A program made the position numbers and the translations under genes. The notes beneath the pieces are model-generated. The model was given only the letters and a program-made list of their open reading frames with translations, had not been told where the DNA came from and did not search any database. A DNA stretch of 64,000 nt, from contig OY761460.1 of assembly GCA_963664565.1 (NCBI GenBank), positions 4,615,104-4,679,103 on the forward strand, in the 5' to 3' direction. The first letter of the stretch is position 1; each line of letters begins with the position of its first letter. This DNA is from Prolixibacteraceae bacterium. GTDB lineage: Bacteria; Bacteroidota; Bacteroidia; Bacteroidales; Prolixibacteraceae. Below, in pieces: positions 8,372-16,352 of this stretch.

Positions 8372-9026
8372 ATTTTATCGCACCAAACCCTATTCCAGTA
8401 GAATTTCCTAATCCCACATTCCAGGCAAATAGCTTTGTTTCTGGTTTGCCTTCAATAATTACCGGGCACCAATTGGCTCTGTTCTGAACCCCGTTGTAGG
8501 TAATCTTTTTCGTTCCGGCTTTGGGGTAGCTTGTTTCAAACCGAATATCGAATGATTCATCTTCAATGCCCGCTTCGCCCATTTTTGTTTGAAGCGTTTC
8601 TTTTAGGTACGAACCTGCGAGTGGATCATCGAATAAAATATGGTTGATTCGATCTTCAACTCTACGTTTGATAAAAACTGGACTTGCTGTAAAGAACAGA
8701 TTCCGGTCTGCCAGATCAGGATCTTCCTGTATGATAATTTCAGAAACGGTCAATCCATGGAATAGGCTAGGATTGGCTTGAATTCCGGAAATCATCTTTT
8801 TAATCAAATCGGAGTTGTGCGAACTAAAGAAAAAGGATGTTTCTCGTTCAAATTTCAGTCCATTAGGAGTTGCTTTGCCTCCTTCCAGTTGCGAAAAGGA
8901 ATACAAAGAAACCTTTCCATGTTCATCGTTCCAGCCCAGCCATTTATGGACAGTTCCGGTTAGTAAAGGCTGATGGTCAAAAGGAATGATCTTGTTTGAT
9001 GTTTGAATTTTTAGGTGTATTCTCAT
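8370..9026 (-). CDS. cas6: Cas6 endoribonuclease (copy A)
   Basis: MRIHLKI...SLYSFSQL...C-terminal G-rich loop GLGNSTGIGFG. Confidence 0.92.
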   Translation of the reverse strand: MRIHLKIQTSNKIIPFDHQPLLTGTVHKWLGWNDEHGKVSLYSFSQLEGGKATPNGLKFERETSFFFSSHNSDLIKKMISGIQANPSLFHGLTVSEIIIQEDPDLADRNLFFTASPVFIKRRVEDRINHILFDDPLAGSYLKETLQTKMGEAGIEDESFDIRFETSYPKAGTKKITYNGVQNRANWCPVIIEGKPETKLFAWNVGLGNSTGIGFGAIK

Positions 9027-9061
9027 ATATTTTAGTTTTTCATTTGGTTCGTCGCTTTTTC

Positions 9062-9094
9062 AAACCCTCAAGGTTTCGAAAACCTTGAGGGTTT
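9062..9094. repeat. REP hairpin copy 2
   Basis: aaaccctcaaggtttcgaaaaccttgagggttt. Confidence 0.9.
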
Positions 9095-9107
9095 AATAGA
9101 TAGATAA

Positions 9108-9494
9108 TTATTGAAACCACTCATTGCGTTCGTCCATCTGTTGAAGGCATTCGGTAAAAGTGCCGCTGAAAATGGTCATCCACTGGTCGTTATGGCGTTG
9201 CCAATCGAGTGTGCATTCTTTGGAATATACGGTAATCCGGGCGTATTTGAATTCAGCATACCGGCCATCAATAAGAGGCATAATAAAACGGGCATTGGGA
9301 TCATTCCATCCGAATTGCTCGACGAGATTATAAAAGTAAAAACGCCCCGCCTTCAAATCGAACCGAGAGATGCTTTTCGACAACTTTTGCGAATTCGCGA
9401 TAAAAGATTCTGCCTCTTTTATCATTTTCATTTTGTTCAAATTATCCAATTTCTGTGGTTTTGGATTGCCTTGAACCCATACGTTGTTTCTCAT
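9108..9494 (-). CDS. Hypothetical protein, 128 aa
   Basis: Co-oriented ORF with a plausible start; YARIT...LDWQRHNDQW. Confidence 0.7.
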   Translation of the reverse strand: MRNNVWVQGNPKPQKLDNLNKMKMIKEAESFIANSQKLSKSISRFDLKAGRFYFYNLVEQFGWNDPNARFIMPLIDGRYAEFKYARITVYSKECTLDWQRHNDQWMTIFSGTFTECLQQMDERNEWFQ

Positions 9495-9539
9495 GTGTGT
9501 TTTTTAAAGTGTTTTTTTTAAAAGAACAGACTCGTAAAC

Positions 9540-10946
9540 TTACCTCACCACCCCTGCTTTTCGCATTTCGTCTTTCAGGGCAGGCAGGTTGGGTTTGTGG
9601 TTGTAAAGTTGCTTTACCAGTTCTTGTTTTTCGGTTTCAAAGCCTGGTATTTGTTCCGTTAGTTTTATCCATAGGGCTATTCGCTCGTAAACGTGCCTTC
9701 CCCGTTCGTTTTGCAAGGTACTTATGGCCTTGTTTTTAATATGCTCAAAACAAAACCGGGGATAAACCGTCAGTATGGGCGAAATCATATCTGCTAAGTG
9801 CCAAATCTCGTTATTATTCTCAACTAATGCTTTAATGTCGTTGTAGCGTTTTTCAACCTCCAGTATTTTAACAACAAACACCTTTTCCCATTTAATTTCT
9901 TCGAGCAACCTGTTAATATCCGATTCGGCGAGGTATTTTCTCATTTTGAGGTAATGTTCTATCTCACGTTTCGTAACAGTAAGGGTCCAAAAAACCGTTA
10001 CAAAAAGCTCCTTGTCGAGTTGAGGCGTGATGTATTGCTGAAGGAATTCGGCCCATAGATAATTGTTGGAGGAGAACAGATTTTTGGCCGTTTCAACAAA
10101 AGCAGCCTTGTTGGTTTCAAAGTAGTACTGGAGCAATTCTTTGGCCGCAGGTACGCTGGTGCGGTAAAATTGTAGCGCTGCTCGTAACCACTCGGTATTG
10201 TTGCCTGCTTTTTTGGTGAGGAAAAGTGTAAGTTCGGGCAAGGTACTTTTTTCTATATTCCATTGGTCGAGAAAGCCGAGCAAATCGCCTGCCTTATCCG
10301 ATTTTTCGGCCAAGACAATCAGGAGTGGTTCAAAATGGGCTGTAAAATAGGCGTTCCCCGGATATTCCTCGGCACAATAGCGGAAGAATAGATCGAATGT
10401 CGTGAATATTTTGTTTTCGGGAAGAGCGCTTAACCTGAGTTTTTCAACAATCGCATCCAATGTGTTTTTGTGTTCCGCCAGCAGGTGTTCATTAACATCA
10501 TCGAACGAACACACCTCATCGGGTACTTCGGCATCCTGGGTTGCTTCGTATAAGCCCGTAAGCATGGCTATTAGTTCGTCGGGGCGCTGTTTGATAATTG
10601 TATTGACTGCTTTGGAACAGAATTGGTCGAAAATAATATTGAACTCCTGTTCGCTGGCACACCGGTATGCTTCCCATTCTTCAATATAGCCTGAATGTGG
10701 CGGATGGTAGTTGTCCCAGTTGGGGTTTTCCAAATCGACCGATTCGAATTGATGTTTGTAACCAGCCTGCACGTCACTTACTACTTTTAAATAATCATTG
10801 TACAAAAGCGAGTGCACATTGTCTTCTCTGCTTTGGTAAAAGTTCACAAACTCCTCCTTTAGGCTACTGTTGTGTTTGATAATAGCGTTCAGAAATTTTA
10901 TTTTGATGCCCTCGGTTGCGTTACCGTAAATTTTTTCGAAATCCAT
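9540..10946 (-). CDS. Hypothetical helical protein, 468 aa
   Basis: Long co-oriented ORF, C-terminus KPNLPALKDEMRKAG; no confident family. Confidence 0.75.
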   Translation of the reverse strand: MDFEKIYGNATEGIKIKFLNAIIKHNSSLKEEFVNFYQSREDNVHSLLYNDYLKVVSDVQAGYKHQFESVDLENPNWDNYHPPHSGYIEEWEAYRCASEQEFNIIFDQFCSKAVNTIIKQRPDELIAMLTGLYEATQDAEVPDEVCSFDDVNEHLLAEHKNTLDAIVEKLRLSALPENKIFTTFDLFFRYCAEEYPGNAYFTAHFEPLLIVLAEKSDKAGDLLGFLDQWNIEKSTLPELTLFLTKKAGNNTEWLRAALQFYRTSVPAAKELLQYYFETNKAAFVETAKNLFSSNNYLWAEFLQQYITPQLDKELFVTVFWTLTVTKREIEHYLKMRKYLAESDINRLLEEIKWEKVFVVKILEVEKRYNDIKALVENNNEIWHLADMISPILTVYPRFCFEHIKNKAISTLQNERGRHVYERIALWIKLTEQIPGFETEKQELVKQLYNHKPNLPALKDEMRKAGVVR

Positions 10947-10966
10947 ACTTGATAAATTATATGTTT

Positions 10967-10999
10967 AAACCCTCAAGGTTTCGAAAACCTTGAGGGTTT
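10967..10999. repeat. REP hairpin copy 3
   Basis: aaaccctcaaggtttcgaaaaccttgagggttt, identical to copy 2. Confidence 0.9.
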
Positions 11000-11009
11000 G
11001 GATGTATTA

Positions 11010-11612
11010 TTACAACCCCAGCCAGTCGTCCATTTTGTCCGATTCGAGTTTTTCGTTGTGCATGGTTATAAAATTAGCATCATTGTCGAACCAACCCATT
11101 ACCGCTTCACGTTTCAGCTTGGTCGGTTTTATTGAGATGCAAGTTAAGTAACTGCTCCACGGGTAATCGCGCGGATGCTCGCAAAAGCCGTGATGGACAG
11201 GGTTGTTGTGGATATAGAGGATTACCTGCCGTAGGTATTCGGTGCTGTCGATTAGTTTGCGTTTAAAAGTATGTTCAAACAAGCTCCCGGTTCGGTTGTA
11301 CTTTTTATTGTAAGCCTTTGTGTAAGCGTTAAATAGGTTCGAAAACTGCTGGTGGATACGCTTTTCTGTCTTTTCTAAACCCTCAAGGTTTTGAAAACCT
11401 TGAGGGTTTGGTAAAATACGCACCAACAGGTGAAAGTGGTTTCCCATTAATACCCACGCGTAGGTTTCGGCAATGGGCGAAATAAATTTGTCGTAAAGTG
11501 CCAAAAAATGTTCGTAGTTAGTCGCTTCCTGAAAAATAGTGCATCCATTTGTGCCACGGTTATAAATGTGGTAAAAACAATCTGGCTCTAATTTTATTCT
11601 CTGTTCAGGCAT
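11010..11612 (-). mobile_element. REP-associated tyrosine (Y1/HUH) transposase, RAYT-like
   Basis: FYHIYNRG, LMGNHFHLLV (HUH), RTGSLF, YIHNNPVHHG, YPWSSY; flanked by REP hairpins on both sides. Confidence 0.9.
11377..11409. repeat. REP hairpin copy 4, inside the transposase CDS
   Basis: aaaccctcaaggttttgaaaaccttgagggttt, translated in frame as NPQGFQNLEGL. Confidence 0.9.
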
Positions 11613-11649
11613 ATTATTGGTTTTATGTTATTTCGTTGAATGCCACCTT

Positions 11650-11682
11650 AAACCCTCAAGGTTTTTGAAACCTTGAGGGTTT
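11650..11682. repeat. REP hairpin copy 5
   Basis: aaaccctcaaggtttttgaaaccttgagggttt. Confidence 0.9.
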
Positions 11683-11699
11683 TGGGTTGTTGAGGTGTA

Positions 11700-12473
11700 C
11701 TAAATTCTCTCCACCCACCCAAATCCCATCGAATTTTTCTCGCCTATGCCCGTTGCCAGTATCAACTGGTGTATTTCTACCGGGCAGCTTAGTGTAAAAT
11801 CGAACAAAAAGCCGCGCACTTTGCTTTGTTCGGGGGTATAAGGTTTTATAGTTATTAATTTCGAGCGCGGCGAACTTTGCAATTTGAAACGAAAAGGTGA
11901 GATTGTTTCGATCGGTATATTTCCGGTGATTGAATTGTATTTATTCGCCAGGTTTTGCCGGAGTAGGGCTTCGTACGATTCATTTTCAGGATTCAGGTAT
12001 TCGGGGTATTTTTTCCCTTCGGGCAATATGCTCACCACAACGGGCGATATTGCGCGGTAAGCAACCGTTTCCCCAGTATCGAATGCGGGTAAACGTTCAA
12101 CGCTGGAAACCGTTAAGTCGAGCCCATTAAAGCGGTCGCCAATATAAAGTTGTTGGTTGTTGAAGAGTCCGATGATAAACTTTTCGGCAGCTTCGGCCAT
12201 ATAGAACGAGATGTTTACCGAAAGTTGGTTCTCCTGAATTTCGAACAGCGATTTTTCTTTCCACAGAACCGGCTTCCCAAACGACAAGGGAGAATACCCA
12301 AACAACTTGAACGACTTATGCCCGTTTAGATAACCTTGCGAATGCAGGAAAGCCGAAAATTCGGAGTCGGCCTGTCCAATCACCTTGTAAATCCAGGCAC
12401 TCAGGTAATACTGGTAGTCCATCGGGAGCATCCGTTGCTTCCCGGTACGATTGAATGTAATTTTAAATCTCAT
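11700..12473 (-). CDS. cas6: Cas6 endoribonuclease (copy B)
   Basis: MRFKITF...LPMDYQYYLSAWIY...FLHSQGY...FKLFGYS; C-terminal GIGEKNSMGFG. Confidence 0.93.
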   Translation of the reverse strand: MRFKITFNRTGKQRMLPMDYQYYLSAWIYKVIGQADSEFSAFLHSQGYLNGHKSFKLFGYSPLSFGKPVLWKEKSLFEIQENQLSVNISFYMAEAAEKFIIGLFNNQQLYIGDRFNGLDLTVSSVERLPAFDTGETVAYRAISPVVVSILPEGKKYPEYLNPENESYEALLRQNLANKYNSITGNIPIETISPFRFKLQSSPRSKLITIKPYTPEQSKVRGFLFDFTLSCPVEIHQLILATGIGEKNSMGFGWVERI

Positions 12474-12503
12474 AGCGATGCAATTATGTTGTTGTTCGAT
12501 TTA

Positions 12504-12538
12504 CAAACCTTCAGGGTTGTCAAAACCTTGAAGGTTTG
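12504..12538. repeat. REP hairpin copy 6 (degenerate)
   Basis: caaaccttcagggttgtcaaaaccttgaaggtttg. Confidence 0.75.
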
Positions 12539-12642
12539 CAGGTTACTATTAATTCGTTTTCAATAAAATCGATTTGGTTCATAGCTAATGGGTTTTGTGC
12601 CTCTAAATTCTCAAAACAAACTTCTGAAATCGTAAAGTCGGG

Positions 12643-13545
12643 TTAAGATATTTGAATTTTGTTGATCCTAGTTTTCAAATAATCGCGAAAACTGTCGTCG
12701 CCAATAACTTGTATATCGTCAATCAGTCCCATTACAAAACGTCCGGGGCCTTCGTATTTTGCTACCTGAATGTTCAGCCGAAACTGGTTATTGCCGAGTT
12801 TTTCGAGGTGCCTCTCCGACAATGGATACTCTTCAATGAGCAAATTCTTTGCTTTCAGGTTTATTACAAGATCAATATGTTTGTTCAGGTCACCGGTATT
12901 CCTGAAAACATCGACGGGCTTGGAGTGGTGTGATCTCTCATTTTCCCACGGTATAAGCGTTTCCTGCACATCCTCGATGCGGCAAATCTTGAACTGGCGG
13001 TTTTGTTTCAACACATTGTCGAAAGCCCAAACCAGGTTGAAATCGTCCTTAAACTCAAAAGGCTCAACCATCCTGTTCTTCACCGTTTGGCTATTCCCTG
13101 ATGCGTAGTTAACTAAAAGAACCTGTTTGCGTTGTTGCTGTGCTTTTCGCAACGAACGTACAATGTCCGATTTTTCTTTGAGGATATAGTTTCCGATGGT
13201 TTTGTCCTGGTTCAGGAATGCGGTGAGCTTTTGCTTTAACCGCTTGGCACAAGCATATTTCTCATCAATGGCGTCGATGCTCCTGGAAAGCAAACAGGCT
13301 TCTTCTTCAGAAAAATGAAGTACGTTTCGCAAAACCTGAAAATCCTGATCGGGATAATCCAGCCAGTATTTGCCGTCTTTTTGATGAAGGTCGAACCCGG
13401 TTTCCTTTAGCGTGTTGCAATAACTGTAAAAAGCAGTATCCCCAATGCCCAGAAAGGCCATACATTCATCCTTCAACTTGGGGTAGCTGTTCGAAAGAAA
13501 GAGGATAAACCGGAGGATTCGATGGGTTTTGGTGTTGGCTGACAT
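12643..13545 (-). CDS. WYL-domain transcriptional regulator
   Basis: N-terminal HTH-like region, then YASGNSQTVKNRMVEPF...LVWAFD...NRQFKICRI (WYL-like); upstream of cas6. Start set at the ATG at 13545. Confidence 0.85.
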   Translation of the reverse strand: MSANTKTHRILRFILFLSNSYPKLKDECMAFLGIGDTAFYSYCNTLKETGFDLHQKDGKYWLDYPDQDFQVLRNVLHFSEEEACLLSRSIDAIDEKYACAKRLKQKLTAFLNQDKTIGNYILKEKSDIVRSLRKAQQQRKQVLLVNYASGNSQTVKNRMVEPFEFKDDFNLVWAFDNVLKQNRQFKICRIEDVQETLIPWENERSHHSKPVDVFRNTGDLNKHIDLVINLKAKNLLIEEYPLSERHLEKLGNNQFRLNIQVAKYEGPGRFVMGLIDDIQVIGDDSFRDYLKTRINKIQIS

Positions 13546-13948
13546 TTGTTTTTCAGGAAAACATAAATTTACGAACTTGAACAACAAAAGTCAAGTTTAT
13601 CATAGTGTTTTTTTGAGATTATTTTCAATTCACACCTCTTCAAAGTTATTTCTCGCTTCCCGGAACAGTAAAGTGGTGTCTTTGTGCTATTCTGCCGGGA
13701 CGTCCTTCGGATGCGTTCAGTTTCAGGGATTACTCATTTGAGGATGAAGCTGACAGCATTCTGTTGACCTAATCCTGGATAGCTCAATGCTGGTAAGCCA
13801 AAATTTAAGTTTAACGGCGTACCTTAATTCTACTTTGACTGATTAAAAGTGATGGTCGGTTTTTCTCCTGTTTTACCCTTGCCTTTAAAGGGAGACAGGA
13901 GAAAATCTGGCCGTTCCCGTTAGTTCAGGATAAATGTACTCCTTTGGG

Positions 13949-13994
13949 GTTCACTCAATCGGAAAATATCGAACTTTTTGCTTGAAGATTTTGA
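13949..13994 (+). repeat. Dispersed direct repeat copy 1 (att-like)
   Basis: gttcactcaatcggaaaatatcgaactttttgcttgaagattttga, similar to 51377-51423. Confidence 0.7.
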
Positions 13995-14221
13995 TTCTTT
14001 GGCATAGTTTACGAATAGAGAATTGCAAAAAAGTAATTGGGGTCTTTGAGCAAAGCCCCAACGCTTAATTCATTTAGGCATGTTACCGGATATTCATTAA
14101 AAAGAAAATTCAAATTGTGAATTAATTGTTGCGCATGTTTCTGTAAAGCAAATATCAATTATTTGTTACTTTTGACTGGGTTCTCTAATCGAAATGAGCC
14201 GTTAGGTAATAGAACATTGAT

Positions 14222-14836
14222 ATGGTAAAAGCAATCCATGAAAAATCTGACTCAGAACTTTGGGACGAATTCCTTTCTGGCGATCAATTGGCTTTTAAAA
14301 CCATTTATGATAATCATATCCAATCATTATTCAAGTTTGGTAGGCATTTCACAAAAAGTGAAGAACTAATTCTTGATTGTATTCACGATGTATTTATTGA
14401 TTTATATAATTATAGAACAACTTTAAACTCCACTAATAACATAAAACTTTATCTTTTTGTTTCTCTTAGGCGTAAACTTTTCAGAAACCTAAAGGACAAA
14501 GAACGATTTGTTTCTTTGGATGATGAAAGTTCTTGTTTTTCTTATGTTTTAAATTCAAGTACCGAACCGGAAGATGATTTGAAATCATTGAAAATTAGTT
14601 GGTTGGAAAAGTCTATGAATAAACTTAGCCACCGACAACAAGAGGCAATTTATCTTCGATTTGTAAAGGGTTTGAGTTATGATGAATTAAGTGTAATACT
14701 CCAAGTGAACTACCAGTCAGCTCGTAACCTTATTTTTCGGGGTATTGAGAAACTGAGAGAAAATGGTAATGAAGAACTGATCTATCTGTTACTCTTTGTG
14801 AGGAGGATTGATAACCAGTTTTTTGAATCGCTCTAA
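14222..14836 (+). CDS. ECF RNA polymerase sigma factor
   Basis: DCIHDVFIDLY; LSHRQQEAIYLRFVKGLSYDEL; upstream of fecR. Confidence 0.92.
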   Translation: MVKAIHEKSDSELWDEFLSGDQLAFKTIYDNHIQSLFKFGRHFTKSEELILDCIHDVFIDLYNYRTTLNSTNNIKLYLFVSLRRKLFRNLKDKERFVSLDDESSCFSYVLNSSTEPEDDLKSLKISWLEKSMNKLSHRQQEAIYLRFVKGLSYDELSVILQVNYQSARNLIFRGIEKLRENGNEELIYLLLFVRRIDNQFFESL

Positions 14837-14983
14837 TGATAAAGAGGCATTACTAACTTTTCAGAATCGTATTCTGCCTCAAAATGCTAATTCTGTGTTT
14901 TTATTTAAAATTCCTTAAAAAAAAATGGAATTTAGTGAGTACAAAATTGTACTTACCTGCTTATAGATTAAAAATACAGATGC

Positions 14984-16174
14984 ATGGACCCGGAGTTGAA
15001 TCAATTTACAGATAAACTTATACATAATATCGAGTTTCAGGATTGGGTGGTGAGGCCAACTCCTGAAAAGGATAAATATTGGAAGGAGTTTATCGAACAA
15101 AATCCGCAGCGAGAAAAAGAGCTTGAAGAGGCTATTGCTTTTATTCATAATTTGATTCCAGAAGAAAGAGAACTGAGAGATGAACCATTGATTCGATTAT
15201 GGAGTAGGATTGAAACTGAGACCTATGGTAGGAAAGTACATAGAATTCGGCGAATGAGATGGATTGCTGCAGCAAGTTTCCTATTAGTCTTGGGTATATG
15301 CGGTACTATTTATTTGAATACTGATAATGTAGCAAAGTCTACAACTTATTACAGTTCAATCCCGAAAATAAAACCCGATGAAAGCGACATTAAATTAATT
15401 TTTTCGGATAAATCAGAAGAAATATTACAGGGAAAAGATGTGAAAATTAAATACGAGAAAAATGGTGAGATTCTTGTAAATTCAGATAGAAAGTTAAACA
15501 GAAAGATAGAAGAAGGGGAAAAAGATATTGAGCAGTTAAATCAATTGGTTGTGCCCTTTGGGAAGCGAACCACCTTAGTACTTTCTGATGGAACAAAACT
15601 CTACTTAAATTCGGGTAGCCGGGCTATTTTCCCTGTTGTATTTAGCAAAAAAGAGAGAGAAATATTTATTGAAGGAGAGGCATATCTTGAAGTAGCTCAT
15701 GACTCTTCCCGACCATTTAAAGTGCAGACTGATAAGTTGAAAATAGAGGTTCTGGGAACCAAATTTAATGTGTCAGCATACCCCGAAGATCAATCAAATT
15801 CAGTTGTGTTAGTTGAAGGTGGTGTTCAGGCAACAGTTGATTCAAAAACCATGGTGATGAAACCCAACCAACGATTGCTATATGAAAAAAAAACAAGTTT
15901 AACTTCTCTTGATGATGCCAATGTACTTCCTTATGTATCCTGGAAAGACGGATGGATGTATTGTGAAAAAGAATCGTTGGAGTCAATCTCTGTTAAGCTT
16001 TCAAGATATTATAATGTTGAAATTAAATTTATAGATGAAGAGTCGGCGAAAATGAGTTTGACAGGGAAGCTTGATTTAAAGAATAAGTGTGCCGATATAT
16101 TCAATGCCATCAGTTCAACTGCACCGATTGCTGTTGAAATTCATGGCGATGAGATAGAAATACGAAAAAAATAA
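14984..16174 (+). CDS. fecR: FecR-family anti-sigma factor
   Basis: TM segment; LSDGTKLYLNSGS, GEAYLEV, VLGTKFNVSAY, SWKDG. Confidence 0.93.
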   Translation: MDPELNQFTDKLIHNIEFQDWVVRPTPEKDKYWKEFIEQNPQREKELEEAIAFIHNLIPEERELRDEPLIRLWSRIETETYGRKVHRIRRMRWIAAASFLLVLGICGTIYLNTDNVAKSTTYYSSIPKIKPDESDIKLIFSDKSEEILQGKDVKIKYEKNGEILVNSDRKLNRKIEEGEKDIEQLNQLVVPFGKRTTLVLSDGTKLYLNSGSRAIFPVVFSKKEREIFIEGEAYLEVAHDSSRPFKVQTDKLKIEVLGTKFNVSAYPEDQSNSVVLVEGGVQATVDSKTMVMKPNQRLLYEKKTSLTSLDDANVLPYVSWKDGWMYCEKESLESISVKLSRYYNVEIKFIDEESAKMSLTGKLDLKNKCADIFNAISSTAPIAVEIHGDEIEIRKK

Positions 16175-16352
16175 TAAGCTTAAAAATATTAATTCTAAAA
16201 AACAAAGGCCTATAGACAAAAGAAGAGAAAACCTAACTAAGAATCAGATTAAAATATAAAAAGACAGGTCATAATGGCAATATAACCTGTCCGGTGTTTT
16301 AATCGCAAGTGTTGTGAATAAATTAATTGCAATTTAAAAACGTAACAAATTT

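Noticed and set aside
11010-11612. CRISPR-associated transposon (CAST)
   Set aside because: No TnsB/TnsC/TniQ and Cas3 is intact; the transposase is a RAYT with no evidence of RNA-guided coupling.
2849-12538. The six aaaccctcaagg hairpins as a dispersed CRISPR array
   Set aside because: They are separated by whole genes, occur in mixed orientation, flank a RAYT and do not resemble the repeat at 8275; REP is the simpler reading.
12520-12582. 20-codon ORF MNQIDFIENELIVTCKPSRF upstream of cas6B, ending within REP copy 6
   Set aside because: Too short to support; it could be a REP-disrupted remnant, but there is no independent evidence.
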